DNA of 64,000 bases from Laetmonice hystrix. Lineage: Eukaryota. The position numbers were made by a program, and so were the translations under genes. Below the pieces are notes generated by a model, which worked only from the letters and a program-made list of their open reading frames with translations, ran no database searches and was not told the DNA's origin. The stretch is from contig OZ249436.1 in assembly GCA_965235115.1 (NCBI GenBank), positions 20,152,001 to 20,216,000 on the forward strand, in the 5' to 3' direction. Of the stretch, positions 1 through 11,875 are shown one piece after another (position 1 is the stretch's first letter; each line of letters opens with the position of its first letter).

Positions 1-187
1 CCCAAATAGTTCTTGAAGCAACATATTCCAACCGAGAGCAGCTAAATCTGATAAAAAAAATGACCATATGACAGTAATCTCCGAGAACTGACATTTAACT
101 TGAAACATCTCAAATCTTCTGCTCACAACTCAAGGCCTGATTCATGAGACCAAACATGAAAAAATCATCAGGCAATGTGACAATATG

Positions 188-931
188 CAGGGATCTCGCC
201 AGGATTTCAAAATCATTAGCCACTGTGGCTAACTGAACAGAGTTTTGATTAGCCACATTTAGGACCCATTAGCCACAAAAGTCATTTGGTAAAAAGGTGT
301 ATTTCCCCATGTTCATTGTGTAACAAAACCAGTCTTAGTCATGACTTAACACAGGGTCCCCAGTAATAGTGGGACCTCCCACATTTTAAATATTTTGTCA
401 CATATTTTAAAAACACATTTTTGAGACAACCCCCTTCAGTGGCGGATCCAGCAGGGGCGGCTTTGCCCCCCCCCCCAACTGACTCCAGGGTTATCATTTT
501 GCAGTGTGTCCACAGCTCACCTGGCTAAGAGGTTTTGTACATACATCAAGCCCCCCCCCCCCTCAGTTGCAAGATCCTGGATGTAGCCCCCCCCCCCACC
601 ATTTGAAAAATCCTGGATCCGCCCCTGCCTTTTGGGAGATGGTTACAGCAGCACTCTTCCGCAGGCCTACTGACCACAGATGGACAACTGGCTTGTACCA
701 GAAGCCTCTCCTCCAGCTCAAACCTGCTCCTTCAACAGGTTTGACCCCCCCCCCCCCCCACCCACACCGCACCCAACACCATTTCTCCCACCTACCTCAA
801 CTCACAGGCCACAACACCTGGCACCATGAGAGACACTATTGGATAGGTGGCATTCACCAAAGTGGCGAACGATAATTTAAATTTATTAGCCACATTGCAG
901 TTCTGTTGGCAAGCGGCTAGCGAGATCCCTG
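188..931. mobile_element. Non-autonomous hAT-like DNA transposon (MITE) with 6-bp TSD
   Basis: TIRs CAGGGATCTCGC (188) / GCGAGATCCCTG (ends 931); direct repeat AATATG at 182-187 and 932-937; subterminal ATTAGCCAC repeats. Confidence 0.8.
437..627. mobile_element. CAGTGGCGGATCC-type MITE nested in the 188-931 element
   Basis: TIRs CAGTGGCGGATCCAG / CTGGATCCGCCCCTG with poly-C tracts; flanks share only CCTT; related copies at 32045-32233 and about 59804-60010. Confidence 0.7.
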
Positions 932-1289
932 AATATGATGACCTCACACTTCCCTAGATCTTGTCAATAAGGTTATAGTACATGCCCTTTTACATGCAGC
1001 AAAAAGGTACCTCTGAAAAGGTACTCATCTACAAATGGGGATCAGTAAATAAAATTATTTGTATCAAAATTATTTTTTTAGGTTCTAAGTGCCACCTTGC
1101 CCACCAATCTAAACCAGGGTACTGAAAGAAACACCTGTTTCCAGTAGGATGAAGGTAACCATTCGGTGTCCTGTGTAATCATAAAAAATCTCACCACACT
1201 GAAGATGAAGGCATTATAAGATTTCCACTATTATCACAGGAAGCCCACGGGTGTTACAGAGTAGGTGGCCACTATATTGAGGTACTCAC

Positions 1290-1506
1290 CTGATGAAGTT
1301 TCCAGAACCGTGTTGGCCTCGTTATCCGAGTCTGACATCTCCATGTCGATAGCCTCCGTGTTGTCCTCGTTTCCAGGATACTCTGGTGTCTGATCAGGTG
1401 ACGGGGCATCAGGATGGGGGGACGGCACTGGACTGGGAAGGCTCTTCGTCATCTCATCCAGCTTCTTCTTCAAGTTATTAACTCGAGTTCCAAAGTTTTT
1501 ATAGGC
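1290..1506 (-). CDS. RPRD2: RPRD2 exon 7
   Basis: AYKNFGTRVNNLKKKLDEMTKSLPSPVPSPHPDAPSP...DMEMSDSD; cag/gtgagt borders. Confidence 0.88.
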
Positions 1507-4500
1507 CTGACAGGAAAAAGTTTTATAAATACATACTGATTACTCCGAGTACAGAATCATTTCAATACTTTTCATTTCAGGTTTGATCATTTTGAGATAA
1601 TTTCAGGCTTTCATGTGTCATCACTGTCCATGTGGATTTTGCTTCGATTACCGTAATCTTCCGTGTATAAGCCGCACTTTTTTCCTCCTCAAATTAATCA
1701 TAAATCAGGGGTGCGGCTTATACATGGCCACAAGCGTCTGGAGACTTCTAGTCTACGTCTATGTGGAGACAAAGTCATCCTTAGGTGGCACTACCAACGC
1801 TATTATTACACCCCTAGTGGTGGTATTGCGAATAAAGTAATAATGTTAATAGAGAGTTATAGATTTAAGGAAACATATAGAGAGAGATATAGACAGAGAA
1901 AGATTCTGGGCAAGATCATCATTTGAATGGGACAAAGGACAGGCATTTCTGATGGGAACTGGCCTGCTTTATACCCACAACCCGTTAATACCCATTGTTT
2001 TACGTGTGACTCTTTGCTGACTCACACGGCCCGTTTAACAATGGGAGGTGATGGTGGCACCGGCGTCTGGCCAATGACTTTTCACACAATGGCCAAGCTG
2101 GTGAAACACCTAGCTGATACACGTCTCAGCCTGTAGGGTTGATGTTTGGGGCCCAACTTTGCTACGACTGGCGTCAGAAACGTGAATTTTTTTTTCTCTG
2201 ACTTTTGCTCGAAAAACGGGGGTGCGGCTTATACATGGCCACGGCTTGTACACGGAAGATTACGGTATGTCTCTACCAAAGATATACATTTCTCTGGACC
2301 ACATAATTCATTTTAACTGATGCGAACCAAAAAAAGCCCATCATGGTGCATACTCACATTTGCAACAATCTTTGCTTCACTGTACTGAGCATCATAGAAT
2401 AGTTCACTCTGTTCCAGCATCTCAATCAGTACTGTTCTTTCTTTGGTCTCGCCTTCAACCTGTGCCACATATTCTTCTAACTTCACACAGGCCTCTTCAA
2501 ACTGCTGAGAAAACTCACGTCCCTTGTCCCGATCTAGAATCACAATAGGAGTTCATTTGTACTGTTGTTATGTATAATAGAGGAGTTCTTTGGTACTGTT
2601 GTTATGTATAGTATAGGAGTTCTTTGGTACTGTTGTTATGTATAGTATAGGAGTTCTTTGGTACTGTTGTTATGTATAATAAACAATGTTAGGTTTCTTT
2701 GTTTCTCTACAAATTTACAACTTCAGGAGCAAGATATCTTTCAATATGAGCTGGGCAGCAAAGTTATCTGTACATACTCTGTCCTTGATCATTCTTTTTG
2801 TGGTACAGTTTTACAGTTTAATGTCATTCACTTTTCAGGCTTTTATCAGACACACACAATAAATCATAGCATACCTTTCAGTTGACGAATAGCCTCTAAG
2901 CTGGAGGCATCTAGGCGCAAAGAGGAGAGCTGAGACCGCTTTCCTTCAATGTCCTGCTCGAGAGCTTTAAACGTAGATATCTTTTCCAAGACCTTTGAGG
3001 GCTGAAGTTAATATAAGATCCAATGTATTATCTTCAAAGCATTGTACTTGAAAATATAGTAAAAGGAAAGTTTGTCAGGCTTCTTAAGTACTACCAACAT
3101 TGTTCTTGCTAGACTCTAGCGCTAGGATGAGTGAGTGCTGATAGTTTTACCCTTTGCAGCAACTAAGGCCATATTCACAGGGAGAACAAGCACAGGGTGT
3201 GCAAGGATCTAATGATTTCAGAGGCACCGTAATAAACGTATAAAAGTCGAGAGAAAGGGTACAGTTGCCTGGGCCAAGCAGGGTTGTGCTCAGGTAAATC
3301 CTTGCGAGTTGATAAATCGGCCTTGGCTATTAACATTTTAAATTTAAAACCGCACAGGAAACACAAGAAAGATCTGTTGAGTGACATGGTTTTGAAGAAG
3401 TACTTACTTGGAATTCTGCCAAAAGCCGCGAGTTCATTACAGTTCTACTCTTAGAATTTGCTGGAAAAAACAGAAAAACAATCTCAATGCAATCTGAATG
3501 TATAAGTGCTATAGTAAAACTGGCACCAATGAAATCTACCCATATAGTGACCCTTTTACCCATAGTCACTGTTTTGCAAAAGAAATCTTGATCACTAAAA
3601 AGAAAACAGAACAGTACTTACAAATAATGCCATTTAGTTCACTTATAAAGTCTCCATCATAAACACCACGTTCTTCCCAAATGTTGAAAATCCTTTCTAT
3701 ATGTCCTCGAACTGCGTTTTCTCTGTTTAGGAAGAAAAAACACATTTTTTGGGTAAATGCAAAAAAGATGACACAAGCTCACTATCAAGTTTGATGCCTG
3801 TACCTGTCAAAGGACAAAGGTATAAAATTCTTAGTTTTAATTGAACGCAGTCAAAACAAGAAATACATACTATAATTTCTGTCTTAAAAGGTGCACCTTG
3901 GTATAAGGTGCAACCCCCCCCCCCCCCATTTTTTTTGGATCCAATCCAGGACCCAATCCTAAGCAAGGTGACAAGAAATCACACAGGGTATCCTTGGCAC
4001 ATGTTGGCCCACATGCGGTCATGAGATCAAAGACACTGGGTTGGTGTTTTGTCAAAATCTACAGGCGCTCTGGCACACAGGGTGCACATCTGGCACAGAG
4101 TGTAAAAAGTAGCACTTTAAGATGGAAAATACTGTACATAGAATTGTCTTGAATTTTCAATAATTGTCTTGAAATTACAATAATTTACAAATGTTACCAG
4201 CCTTTGGGTGCTTATGGACTAGTGAAAATTCTTTGCTTGAAACTTTTAAGGCATTCTTACCTCACAAGCAGGGCTGCATCTTTCAACATCTCCTTGAAGG
4301 CATCTTTGTAAACAATTGCATGTTTTCGCTTACAAGTCTGCACGATGTCATTGCAAAGGTTGAACAGGGTGACACGGTGCTTTGTGTTTGCTGTAAAAGA
4401 AATGAAATTCTGTTAATACACTTAAGTTAAAATGTCAGACAGGGTGCCATACAACTGATGGTTGTGAAATGCCCTTTTGTAAACCAATAATACATCAAAA

Positions 4501-6293
4501 TAAACTGTCTTGATAACAATTGTAATGTCTGATTTGATTTATGTGTATTTTTCTCAGTTGTCTTCATAATTTAACTATAAAAAAAAGAAAAAGAGTCTTC
4601 TGGACTGTTGCCACTTGCTCAGCATACATGCATAGAATTACATGACCCAAAGTCAAATCTAATTCCAACATACACAGGGGTTTCAATAAGAAAAGTAGTA
4701 GAAGGGGGAAGGTGACAAAGTAGGAGGTGGCCCTACAGTGCAGCAGCCACAGGTCGGTACCATGCCGACCTTGGGGGTTGGGGGTGGGAAGAAGGGACCC
4801 ACTTAGATCCAAATAGATCAATTCCACTCAGATTTTTGTCGGAGGACATACTGGACTAAAAACACTTTTTGATTTTGAGAAAGTTGCCGGTGGTTTTGGA
4901 GAGGTAGGCAGGCAAAACTGCCAGCCGGCGGTGCTTATTGACAAGGCTGCATACATACCTAGATTGAATAACTAAAGGTCTCAAGGATAGACTTTATTGG
5001 TCCTATAAAAATAAGGGGGTTTCCCTAAACTTGTTCAGGCAAAGCCCTAGATGCTGACACCAGAAGTTCTAGTGACTGCAAAAGTGGGCTTTAGGCACTG
5101 GCGGTGCCTAACATTGGTAGCAGGTTTTGCGTGAACTAGTTTAGGGAACCCCTGTATTGTCCTACAATCCTGAATTTAGAATGTACCCCGGTAGATTGAT
5201 CTTTTTAAAGGTAAATCTTTGTTATAGTAACAAGGAGATTTTGAAGGAAATCACTGAGGCTACTCTATAAGTGGCTAATACTATACTGAATGACAGTCAT
5301 TTCGTAAACAAGTCGTTTCGTAAAGAGTCCAGTTTGGCCAGTGAGCTGAGCTCTCATGGCTTCTGTCATGTACCTTTGTCGTGCCTCAGTCGGCAACCAG
5401 GCTTTCACCATCAGGGTTAAATTCAGGGGACAAAAATCGCATATCACAGAGCAATACATGAGTACAAAACAAAGACCTAGGCTAATAATGCAACTAACTG
5501 ACTAAGTACCGGTACCATACTAGACTAGTACATTGAAAATACATTGGAGTTAACGATACGACAATCTAATGACATGATGAGAAACACACTGAGTAGTAGG
5601 CCTATTGCCAGTACAGTAACCCAACAAATAACAATTCAGTCAAGACACTCACGTCATGCTGATCGTTTACGGCTTAGATCAGATGAGGACCTCGCACACC
5701 CCCACCCCCAATACACGCACCCACAACAAGCAGCAAAATAACCTGTTTCGCATTACAAATTGCGATACAACTGATGCATTTTTGCTAATGATTTTCCAAA
5801 AAATGTTCAGTATAATTTAGTATTATCTGTGAATCAAACTTTTACTTTGCTTGTTAAATTTTCTGGATTATTTTACGCCTTGCACAAATTGGTACAATAC
5901 ACGAACCCCAGTACTAATACAACACGAGTATAGCTAGAGAGCTAGGTCCCATGGCATAGCCCTAGCCTAGGTTAGGGCCAGGCAGTATCGAGTACCCCGG
6001 TTACTCATGTACACAGACAGCGTGTGACAGTAACAACACTCACAGTAGATCTACACACACCCTGCTAACCCTCGCGGCCGCGTCTCACTTCCAATTTTCA
6101 AGCCTCACCAACGACATCACAGTGTAAACAAATACTACTTACACTTTTTAAGGACCTTGAACCATATCTCCACTATTTTCTCGTGATGAGCCTTGTGGTG
6201 GATGACCCAGAGAGAAAGGCTCTGTATGCTGTCCTGTGTGTTTGACACCGCCTGCAGTTTTCGCTCGACGTTGGACTCGTTCAGGGCGGCCAT
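1290..6293 (-). CDS. RPRD2: Regulation of nuclear pre-mRNA domain-containing protein 2 (CID + CREPT-like coiled coil), 5' portion; gene continues past window start
   Basis: Exons 6143-6293, 4261-4390, 3622-3722, 3408-3460, 2875-3001, 2358-2533, 1290-1506, all GT-AG and phase-consistent (955 nt). Translation includes the CID domain (MAALNESNVERKLQAVSNTQDSIQSLSLWVIHHK...HRVTLFNLCNDIVQ...IERIFNIWEERGVY) and the RPRD2-type segment AKIVANAYKNFGTRVNNLKKKLD...SPVPSPHPDAPSP...DMEMSD. The last exon ends at a donor (G|gtgagt). Confidence 0.92.
1651..2265. mobile_element. Tc1/mariner-type MITE in RPRD2 intron 6
   Basis: TA|CCGTAATCTTCCGTGTATAAGCCG ... CGGCTTGTACACGGAAGATTACGG|TA; internal repeat GGGTGCGGCTTATACATGGCCAC at about 1709 and 2220. 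Confidence 0.85.
2358..2533 (-). CDS. RPRD2: RPRD2 exon 6
   Basis: DRDKGREFSQQFEEACVKLEEY...YDAQYSEAKIVAN; tag/gtgagt borders. Confidence 0.9.
2546..2680. repeat. 34-bp minisatellite, about 4 copies
   Basis: Unit ATAGGAGTTCTTTGGTACTGTTGTTATGTATAGT. Confidence 0.9.
2875..3001 (-). CDS. RPRD2: RPRD2 exon 5
   Basis: PSKVLEKISTFKALEQDIEGKRSQLSSLRLDASSLEAIRQLK; cag/gtatg borders. Confidence 0.88.
3408..3460 (-). CDS. RPRD2: RPRD2 exon 4
   Basis: SNSKSRTVMNSRLLAEFQ; cag/gtaagt borders; needed to keep phase. Confidence 0.85.
3622..3722 (-). CDS. RPRD2: RPRD2 exon 3
   Basis: ENAVRGHIERIFNIWEERGVYDGDFISELNGII; cag/gtaag borders. Confidence 0.9.
3870..4134. mobile_element. Degenerate TA-flanked MITE (Tc1/mariner-like)
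   Basis: Imperfect TIRs TA|CTATAATTTCTGTCTTAAAAGGTGC vs GCACTTTAAGATGGAAAATACTG|TA; internal TGGCACA/GGTGCAC repeats. Confidence 0.45.
4261..4390 (-). CDS. RPRD2: RPRD2 exon 2
   Basis: SNTKHRVTLFNLCNDIVQTCKRKHAIVYKDAFKEMLKDAALLVR; cag/gtaag borders. Confidence 0.9.
6143..6293 (-). CDS. RPRD2: RPRD2 coding exon 1
   Basis: ATG at 6293; MAALNESNVERKLQAVSNTQDSIQSLSLWVIHHKAHHEKIVEIWFKVLKK; donor gtaagt. Confidence 0.9.
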
Positions 6294-6900
6294 TTTCCTC
6301 GTCCGACACGCACCTGCCCGCTACGTGTATACCCCTCGACAGTCACAGGGGACTTCGCACGACAATACTGAATAAATGCAACTGAATTCTGATCATTAGG
6401 GTTCCTCTATGTCATGTGGTATTACGTTGGGAATCACTCAGAAACGGGCCACGGCGTCAAAGTTTTGGTAAAACCGCATCTCGGCGTACCCAAAACTGTC
6501 AGCCATTTTATCTGGCAGTCTCGTCCTGCTTACCATTAAAACGAGAATTATGATAAAATATAACATTCTCAAAAACCAAAGAAGCCACATATTTTATTAA
6601 AAGAAAAGGATAAAAAGTAGCAAATATGAAGAAAAGAAGGAACGTAAAGTTCTGTTATAAAAAGTCCCGTTTGCCTGGGAACAAATTACGCGGGGACCGC
6701 CCTCAAAAGGCAGGGTGCCTGATAGATTTTAGTATGCAGAAGAAACTCTAGATGGCGCCAAAGTATGGGAGACCCATGGGGAGACTGACTCTCACTGGAG
6801 GTGGCGCGTCAGTTCGGAGACAGAGACAGAATGAGACGGGGGAGGGGCGGGGAAGGGAGCGGGCGGGGGAGGGGGCGGAGGGGGGCATAATTGACACACC
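6294..6900 (-). promoter_or_regulatory. Probable RPRD2 5'UTR/promoter region
   Basis: CpG-richer region directly upstream of the ATG; YY1-like AGATGGCG at about 6750; GC boxes (GGGGCGG) at about 6845-6880. Confidence 0.5.
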
Positions 6901-9900
6901 TGGGTCCTACAGATACCTGTATAATTACAGATACCTGTATAATAGATCTAGATTCCTCCACATTTTGATCCAACAACAAAACGGTATAAGAGTCTATAAA
7001 ATTATTATATCATTATTATATTAGACCCTATAGGCCTACCTGGCAAGGTAGGCCTAGGGTAGGCCTACTCTCAAATCAATGCAAGTTAAATATTTATATT
7101 GGATCTCGCTTATAAACTTCGATATAGCGAGTCATAAACAGTATAGGGGGACACATTCATAGGTAATCTGATAGCGTCTTTTTGTATCAATTCCTTTTCA
7201 TACTAAAGTAAAGTAGCCCCAGGGCCGTGCATAGACTCTAGATCTATGGGGTCCGGGGGGTCTGTAACCCCCCCCCCCTCCAATTCCAAAATTATGTTTA
7301 GCCTGGTGCTTGAAAATTATTAGGCCTACTTTTGACATGTCACTTCAGAAATTATTTTGTGTTCTAATATGAATTAAATGCTTCAAAATTTTCCGGCCGG
7401 CAGGACTGACAAATATAAAACTAAAAGGTTCAATATGGAGGGTTTTAATTAATGGGAGTGAAATTAATGGAAGTGTTGCCCTCCCCCCTGAAGGGGTTAC
7501 TCTGATGCGATGCGAGCTCCTGTCGCGAATACAAAACCATCCAGTAAAACCGGGGAAATAATGTCGGTCGAGTTATAATCTTTATTGTCAAAAATATCAA
7601 CTAGGATGCGACTCGCTGGTCATAGGAAGTGGATCCAAATCTAACACGACAGCAGCTGTGTCGACAACCCACCACACCACCATGCAGGCCCTATGTGGTC
7701 TCGCATTACAACAGTTATTGACATTTTTTGCAGCCTTTTCATTTCACATATTAAATTCAAATTAACGGATGCATACCAATTTGGTAATGCACCTATCAGC
7801 TTCCTTGATGAAAATGCATTACCAAGTTGTCTCCCTGTAAGGCATATACAGGTATTTATAAACACTATAATCAGCACAATGTATTCAAAAGCTGCATACC
7901 CGGTACACCGGTAGCCTGCACTGTACGCACTACATCAGGAGGAACACGTGGTGAATATTCAACATTATCCGTTCGTCACCAGGAACCTTATCAATGACTA
8001 ACGGTTTCTTGGAATGACAGAGTAAAGCTTAATTAACAATATTAGTTATCACCAGATGATACAGACTACTGGGACATAATTATTTTAAGTTATAGCAACA
8101 AAGGAACATGTACAACTGAAGTAGGATAAATAGGCCTAACCCAGATTCTACTTTGTAGCTCAAGATGGCACCATGAAGAGAATTATATCAAACCTACACC
8201 ATTACATGGGTAAACTACCGTTTCGAACTTCATATCGCAAGACATTTCAGTAAATACATGGACTGATCATACTTGAAATATAACAGATGTGGCATTTTGC
8301 CAACCTCTAGAGTAGGCCTACTATAACCCCGACTGAAATATTCCTCGATACTACGGGGGGGGGGGGGGGGGGGGGGGTCCTATCTTCTACTGAGACGATA
8401 ACATCTTCCCTAGAGGCCATATGTCTTTAAATTTCTTATCAACGAATAATTTTAATTAATACTTCAAATACGCATTTAAAAAATGTTCTCTCACGAAATG
8501 CCTCATTTACAGGATATCAGCGTTTTTTTTAGGGTGTTGTTGTTCGGGCAGCAGCACTCGGCACACCGTTCGACTGACTGACGTCATGTCTCGGCTGTAC
8601 GACGGAGGTCGCCATGTTGAGGGTGGGGTGAGTGGGTGGCTACGTCGGGATCAGTGGCCCGGATGTAGACAACAGCAAACTGAAAGTCCCACGGTGCCGC
8701 CGTGCCGAAAATGGAAAACTGCCCACTTAATTAGCCTGTGTCAGACTTTACAGTTAGAATATCTGGTTTGCTCGCAGGTGAAGAAGAGATTGCTTTGCCT
8801 CTACGGTATAACATTCGAGAAGGATCTATGTTGAGAAATTAGATTTGAACTGATATGTGCCTGTGCGTAGGGGGAAATTCGACTATTTACTGCTCATCTC
8901 TACATCCGCGATGCCGCTTTACACGACTTTGCGCAAATCCTGGGGAAATGTCTGTTTCATACATCCGAGGCCTGCTTCGCCTCCGGATACATGTATATGA
9001 CCTACAAACAGCCAATCAGAAGCAGCGTCGGTGTTTCGAGTGGGGCAGCAGGTGTAGCCATAACGACTCGGAGTCTTGCGGTACCCTGTTCCACAGTCTA
9101 CTATCTACTAGTATAGCCGAAACAACATTCTAAATCTGATGTCACAGATCCCATTGCCGCTTTCTTAATGCCTGCAACAGTTTCTCTACACATTATCTTC
9201 ATAAGTCTTCAGTTTAGGGCGGGGAGTCCATACATGTTCAGTAGTTGTTTTGGTGGCTGACCGTTTCCAAAGAACCTGGGTCAAGTCTATTAATAGACTA
9301 ACTTAAAGACTACAGACTTATCACTAATACTGTAACGTCTAAGGGTAAATACCACGTACATGACGCAAAATTCTTCAGAACCATTGCTCTTGGAAAGTCT
9401 TAAATCATAACTAAATGGGGTATATTACAATTGCTATACATGTACAACATGTATATCAAGCTTGCGAGTTTCAACTGTGGAATTATTAGTTACCCCTCAT
9501 GTATACATAAGACCCCTTTTTCTCCGGTCCCTATTTTTTCTTTTAGATGGTTGTGTAGTGCAATCTGAAAACGAACTTACTAACCATTTTCATTCCTTAA
9601 CAAATATGTACATGTATATTATGTACAATATGCTAGTAGCTCAGTTATGATGCACCTTTAACTAGGCACTTAAGTGTACCAACAACGTGCGAGCTGCAGT
9701 TTCACGGCTTGCTTCCATGACCAATTTCGGGAACCTTTCAAAAATTGCGTAACGCCAAGGAGGGTTAGTGGGAGCATTAAGCCTATTGGGGAGTAGGCGA
9801 GGCTTGAGGCAACGTGTCCAATTTTGAAATCTCCCCTAACTTATAAAAATAACGAGTCCCCATTATGAGTTCTTGCAGGGTGACCACAAACTTTCCTGTC

Positions 9901-11689
9901 GGTGGCTCCTGTGACGTCACGTAAGTTTCAAATGGCTCCTCTTACACTGCGGTAAGCCGATATCGTTAACATCCAACCCCGTAACTGAGTCGACGTACTC
10001 AGTATGGGCTGTGTATGGTCAAAAACACCCTAACCACTACCCACCCACAATCCAAGCAAGGAAAGACACACAAAATCGGGTTCATTTATCATTTGCGGCC
10101 TGTTTAATAATAACTTGTAAATCTATCTTAAAAAAAAATAATCATAATATTAACTGGTCATTAATGCTACCAGCTGATGCTATATGACGTTTTTAACGTC
10201 AAGTGTCCACCCAGACTTACACCAATACCAGAGCCCACTTTTTACACACGTCTGACCAATAATAAGTCAATCACGAAAATGTACACATGCTCAATATACC
10301 AGGTATAAATGGAGAATTATAACATCCTAAGGATTCACACTAGAATACCTGTTGATATAATGGTCTAAGTTAGACACTCTAACCCCGAGACATCGATCAT
10401 TACCACATAGGCCTACAAATTCGCTTTCTCAAGTGTGTCCGACGACTCTGTACATTTTTAAAGCATTCTTTTAACGACTATAAAAATACTGCTTTATTCA
10501 TAAAGCGGTCGTGCAGTACGGGTATATGGACCCTATAACATATCCCATAACACCGTTAGGTCATTGCCTATATTTCAATACATGATATTATAGCGTTTTG
10601 TGTCGGTCCTCCACCGGTAACTGCATATGACCAATAGTGTACCCTGTCGCAGCGTTAGGTCCTTCCAACAATTTAATTTACCTTTGAATCCCACTGGCTA
10701 ACCCAGACTGTCCTGGCAGTAAACAGTTCATTCTGCCTTGTAAACAAGATTTGGTATACACAAAGTTTAAATTGACAAGCATCGAGAAAAGAAGCGTTTT
10801 AAAGCACAACCTTATTGTCACGGCTCCTATGATTTGTGATATTATGTGTGGGTTCTATGTTCATCGATCTATGCAGCACATGTTTGACCTGGGATATTAT
10901 GCTGATTCTGTGTCTATAAACTAACTGTACTGGCTCCGTGCAATATATCTGCACGTGTTTAGTACTTCCAGGCACTCAGTTTTCTATTTCTCCCGATTGT
11001 TGTACATCCTGTATACAATATTCACTGTACAGTCGCAATACCCCACTTGACTGATCAGTTAAAGAGTACAGATTTTACCAATACATTTATACTGCCTGCT
11101 GTATTTTCTTCCGCATGCGTACTGGCAAGAGCTAAAGGCGTTTGTAGCGTTGAGGTTATACAGAGCGGGACTATGTCAAAAATCACCAATAGTGTACATG
11201 TACAGAGCGGGACTATGTCAAAAATTTATATCTGATCCCTTGCCACCTTCAACGTGTAAGTTAACTCAGTACAGCTTGCACTGTAATTCCACTATTTGGA
11301 AATAGTGAAAATTGCATTTAAATGTACAACCAGAAACACAACATTGTGAAGGCATATACATACATGTATATATACACACCTGACATGTATTTCATATGCC
11401 GGCAATCCTTTCTAGTTACACTTAGTACTGCAAGATCATCCTAATGCTATTCCATGCCAATACCCGTTACCCAGAGGCAGCAGGCGTGACCTTTGGTCTA
11501 CCTTGTCATAGATGTCTCGGTCTGATGCTCCTTAGATCGCCTGACTGGCCTCTTACTATATCGTAGTGAAGATGCTAATTCTGAGGTTTCATACTCACTA
11601 AAAACAAAATGTTCTTTTTTTCCACCCGTGGTGTAATTAAATTTAACCACGAGGAAACCTCCCTGAAGCCGTGCGGTTCATATCCTCGT

Positions 11690-11875
11690 CGGCCACCCGT
11701 CCCGGTCCCCCCGGAATCCGTGCCCGTCACCCCGGTATTCGTGCCCGTCCCCGTCCCCCCGGAATCCGTCCCCGTCCCCCTGGAATCCGTCCCCATCCCC
11801 GTCCCCGTCTCCCCGGAATCCGTGCCAGTTCCCGTCCCCCCGGAATCCGTGCCCGGGCGGCGGCGGCGGCGGCGA
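11690..11875. repeat. GC-rich imperfect 21-27 bp tandem repeat followed by (CGG)n
   Basis: Recurrent CCCGTCCCCCCGGAATCCGT(G/C) units, then CGGCGGCGGCGGCGGCG. Confidence 0.8.

Noticed and set aside
504..875. 123-aa Pro-rich ORF
   Set aside because: It lies within nested MITEs; the Pro runs come from poly-C tracts.
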